Source: Phallusia mammillata (taxonomy: Eukaryota). From it: DNA of 64,000 nt. Positions 62,236-64,000 of this stretch are shown here, one piece after another (position 1 is the first letter of the stretch; each line of letters begins with the position of its first letter). The stretch lies in assembly GCA_965637545.1 (NCBI GenBank), contig OZ281494.1, positions 35,092,001-35,156,000 on the forward strand, in the 5' to 3' direction. The notes below the pieces were generated by a model. That model was given only the letters and a program-made list of their open reading frames with translations. It was not told where the DNA came from and did no database searches. The translations under genes were made by a program, and so were the position numbers.

Positions 62236-62470
62236 AATTTTGACAGAATGAAAACTGAAGTCATCCACCGTTTTTCAAGATATGTATGTTTCATCTTAGT
62301 GATAGGCAACAACGGTATCTTATTCAAATAGAACCGAGTCTCTGGTGACTCGTAATTATATAAAATGCTACACACAGTTTATATTAATTTGTCCAATTTA
62401 ACCCATAACGTCCTCATAGGCATACGGGACAGTCATATTGAAAACACGTAAATATAACACGAAAAGTTAG
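62236..62470. mobile_element. Spliced-leader-headed repeat, copy A3, with 5' inversion
   Basis: 62319-62333 is the reverse complement of SL nt 2-16 (15/15). 62236-62318 matches copy A2 on the minus strand (hammerhead core mutated), while 62335-62470 matches A2 56358-56490 on the plus strand. Confidence 0.75.
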
Positions 62471-62842
62471 TGTTTAACTTCTCTTAAATAAAAACACACA
62501 AACAACTGCCTCGTATTGGATAATTGCATTCGGCTTAGCGTTGGGCCTCGTAAAGCCGCGGTCCGCGCACGAACAATAGAACAATAAATTCACGTCGTTT
62601 GTGACGCCATGTTGACCAACACAACGCAACACTATCCGTGTGGCCTCGAACTTGGTCGGTCGCTTTGCCTACCTATGACGTAATAGCGTCTTTGTGACGT
62701 CACACGCTCGGTAAGCGGCTTTGCGCTCGGCACACCTCGATAGCGAAGGTGGAGCAGCGTAAACACAGGAGCGGGTGTGGAGACGCTGAAATGCCTGGAA
62801 TTGAGGTGTGACTTGCAGACGAACGAACGTTCACTGAGGCTG

Positions 62843-62861
62843 GGTGTGTGTGTGTGTGTGG
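62843..62861 (+). repeat. (TG)n microsatellite
   Basis: GGTGTGTGTGTGTGTGTGG run. Confidence 0.9.
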
Positions 62862-63295
62862 CTGTAGTAGTGCTTATGTAAGTTGCGACTTTTATTATTA
62901 ATGCCCATCTGCCTTGATGAAAAGCAATCGAGATGATTTTTGATCTTTGGATTTGGATTTGTCCCTTCAGCTGCACTGGGACACATTTTTCGTGGGCAAT
63001 GAGTCGCTGTTTTGGGTGAATACGTTTTGCACTGATAATAACAACAGCGATTGTTGGATCGTTTATCACACAGTGTATTAACTCTGCTGCTATTATATTC
63101 GTTGCTAGTGATTCCAGTCTTTTTGCTTTCAATGGATTTTGGTTTACATTACATTGGGGCAAAAACTTTTAGGGTTATTCGATTTTGTTTTGATTGAAAG
63201 ACTTTTGTTTTGGGGGGTGGTAACCAAACACGTGCCCCCCTCTCGGGAAAGCCCCCTACCCATCCTTGTTTTGCCGACGTTACAGCGCTTGTGCG

Positions 63296-63535
63296 TGACA
63301 CAGTCGATGCAACACAAACTTACAAACATACTCACAACACATGCCCTAAGCAAACAAACAGACACACAAACTAACACACACACATAAATAGACAGACAGG
63401 CACACAACATACAAACACTTTGGCAGACACACAAACATACAATAAACAGACAGATAGACATACAACAACAAACCAGCTGTAACGTGGATAGACAGACACA
63501 CAGAAACTCAAACAAGCGTGTATGTTGTGAACACA
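63296..63535 (+). repeat. Degenerate AC/AGAC low-complexity tract
   Basis: Dense ACAC, CAGAC and CAAAC units; explains the spurious C/V-rich ORFs. Confidence 0.85.
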
Positions 63536-64000
63536 TCGAGCCGATCCCGTAGCTTCTGTCGAGTCAACTTAATCCCAGGTATTTCCGAACGATCCCGCAT
63601 TCTAGAACGTGACGCGGCTTTACGTCACCGCACTCGTTGTTCACACGAAGCCGGCCCGCTCACCCCCCACTAGTTGCTTAGCGACCGGCTTCAACACGCA
63701 GCGTCTTATCTGTAGCGGTTTCTATCGAGTATGTGGAATTTTTTGAGGAGTCTGCCATCGCGAGTTGCCTTGTTTGTTTATTGGTTAGCGTTTGTATTTG
63801 CCGCTTGCTTGAGAAGATTAAAGTGGATCGCCAAATTCAAACTTTCTCTGATTGTGATTGTGTAAAGCAAATTTTTCTTTTTGAATTACAAATTACAAAC
63901 GTTCGCCACTAAAACACATGGAGGATATTGTTGGGTGCGGTTTCTCTGGTAACACTGGCTAACTATCAATTGCGCTATTAACAAAACTGACCAGATTAAA

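Noticed and set aside
63139-63536. 130-aa and 82-aa ORFs rich in C/V or T/H/Q
   Set aside because: Translation of the AC/AGAC low-complexity tract.
63680-63760. MADSSKNSTYS... as the Irx(-) start codon
   Set aside because: The frame stops after 26 codons with no convincing donor before the stop; the Irx N-terminus is left unresolved.

Overview
AT-rich, intron-containing animal DNA, most likely an ascidian tunicate (inferred from an exact match to the 16-nt Ciona-type spliced leader, compact introns and gene content). No prokaryotic features or CRISPR arrays. Gene content from left to right: the 3' end of an unidentified gene (351-3289, +, weakly ZU5/UPA-like); about 19 kb with no supportable coding gene; an Iroquois homeobox gene (Irx, +, 22431 to ~29501); a tightly packed same-strand trio HSPA9 (intronless CDS), ANKRD60 (8 exons) and SIRT7 (9 exons); and a second Irx gene on the minus strand (~57948 to at least 62190, start not resolved). 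The two Irx genes converge around the trio. Repeats include several hAT MITEs with 8-bp TSDs, a Tc2-like MITE and a Helentron/HINE-like element carrying a ~158-bp tandem array. The most unusual signal is a dispersed repeat (4 copies) that starts exactly at the spliced-leader sequence ATTCTATTTGAATAAG and is followed 3 nt later by a minimal hammerhead ribozyme motif; one copy shows a twin-priming-type 5' inversion. A second hammerhead-like family is also present. All exon models, counts and alignments were made by eye and need computational or RNA confirmation.
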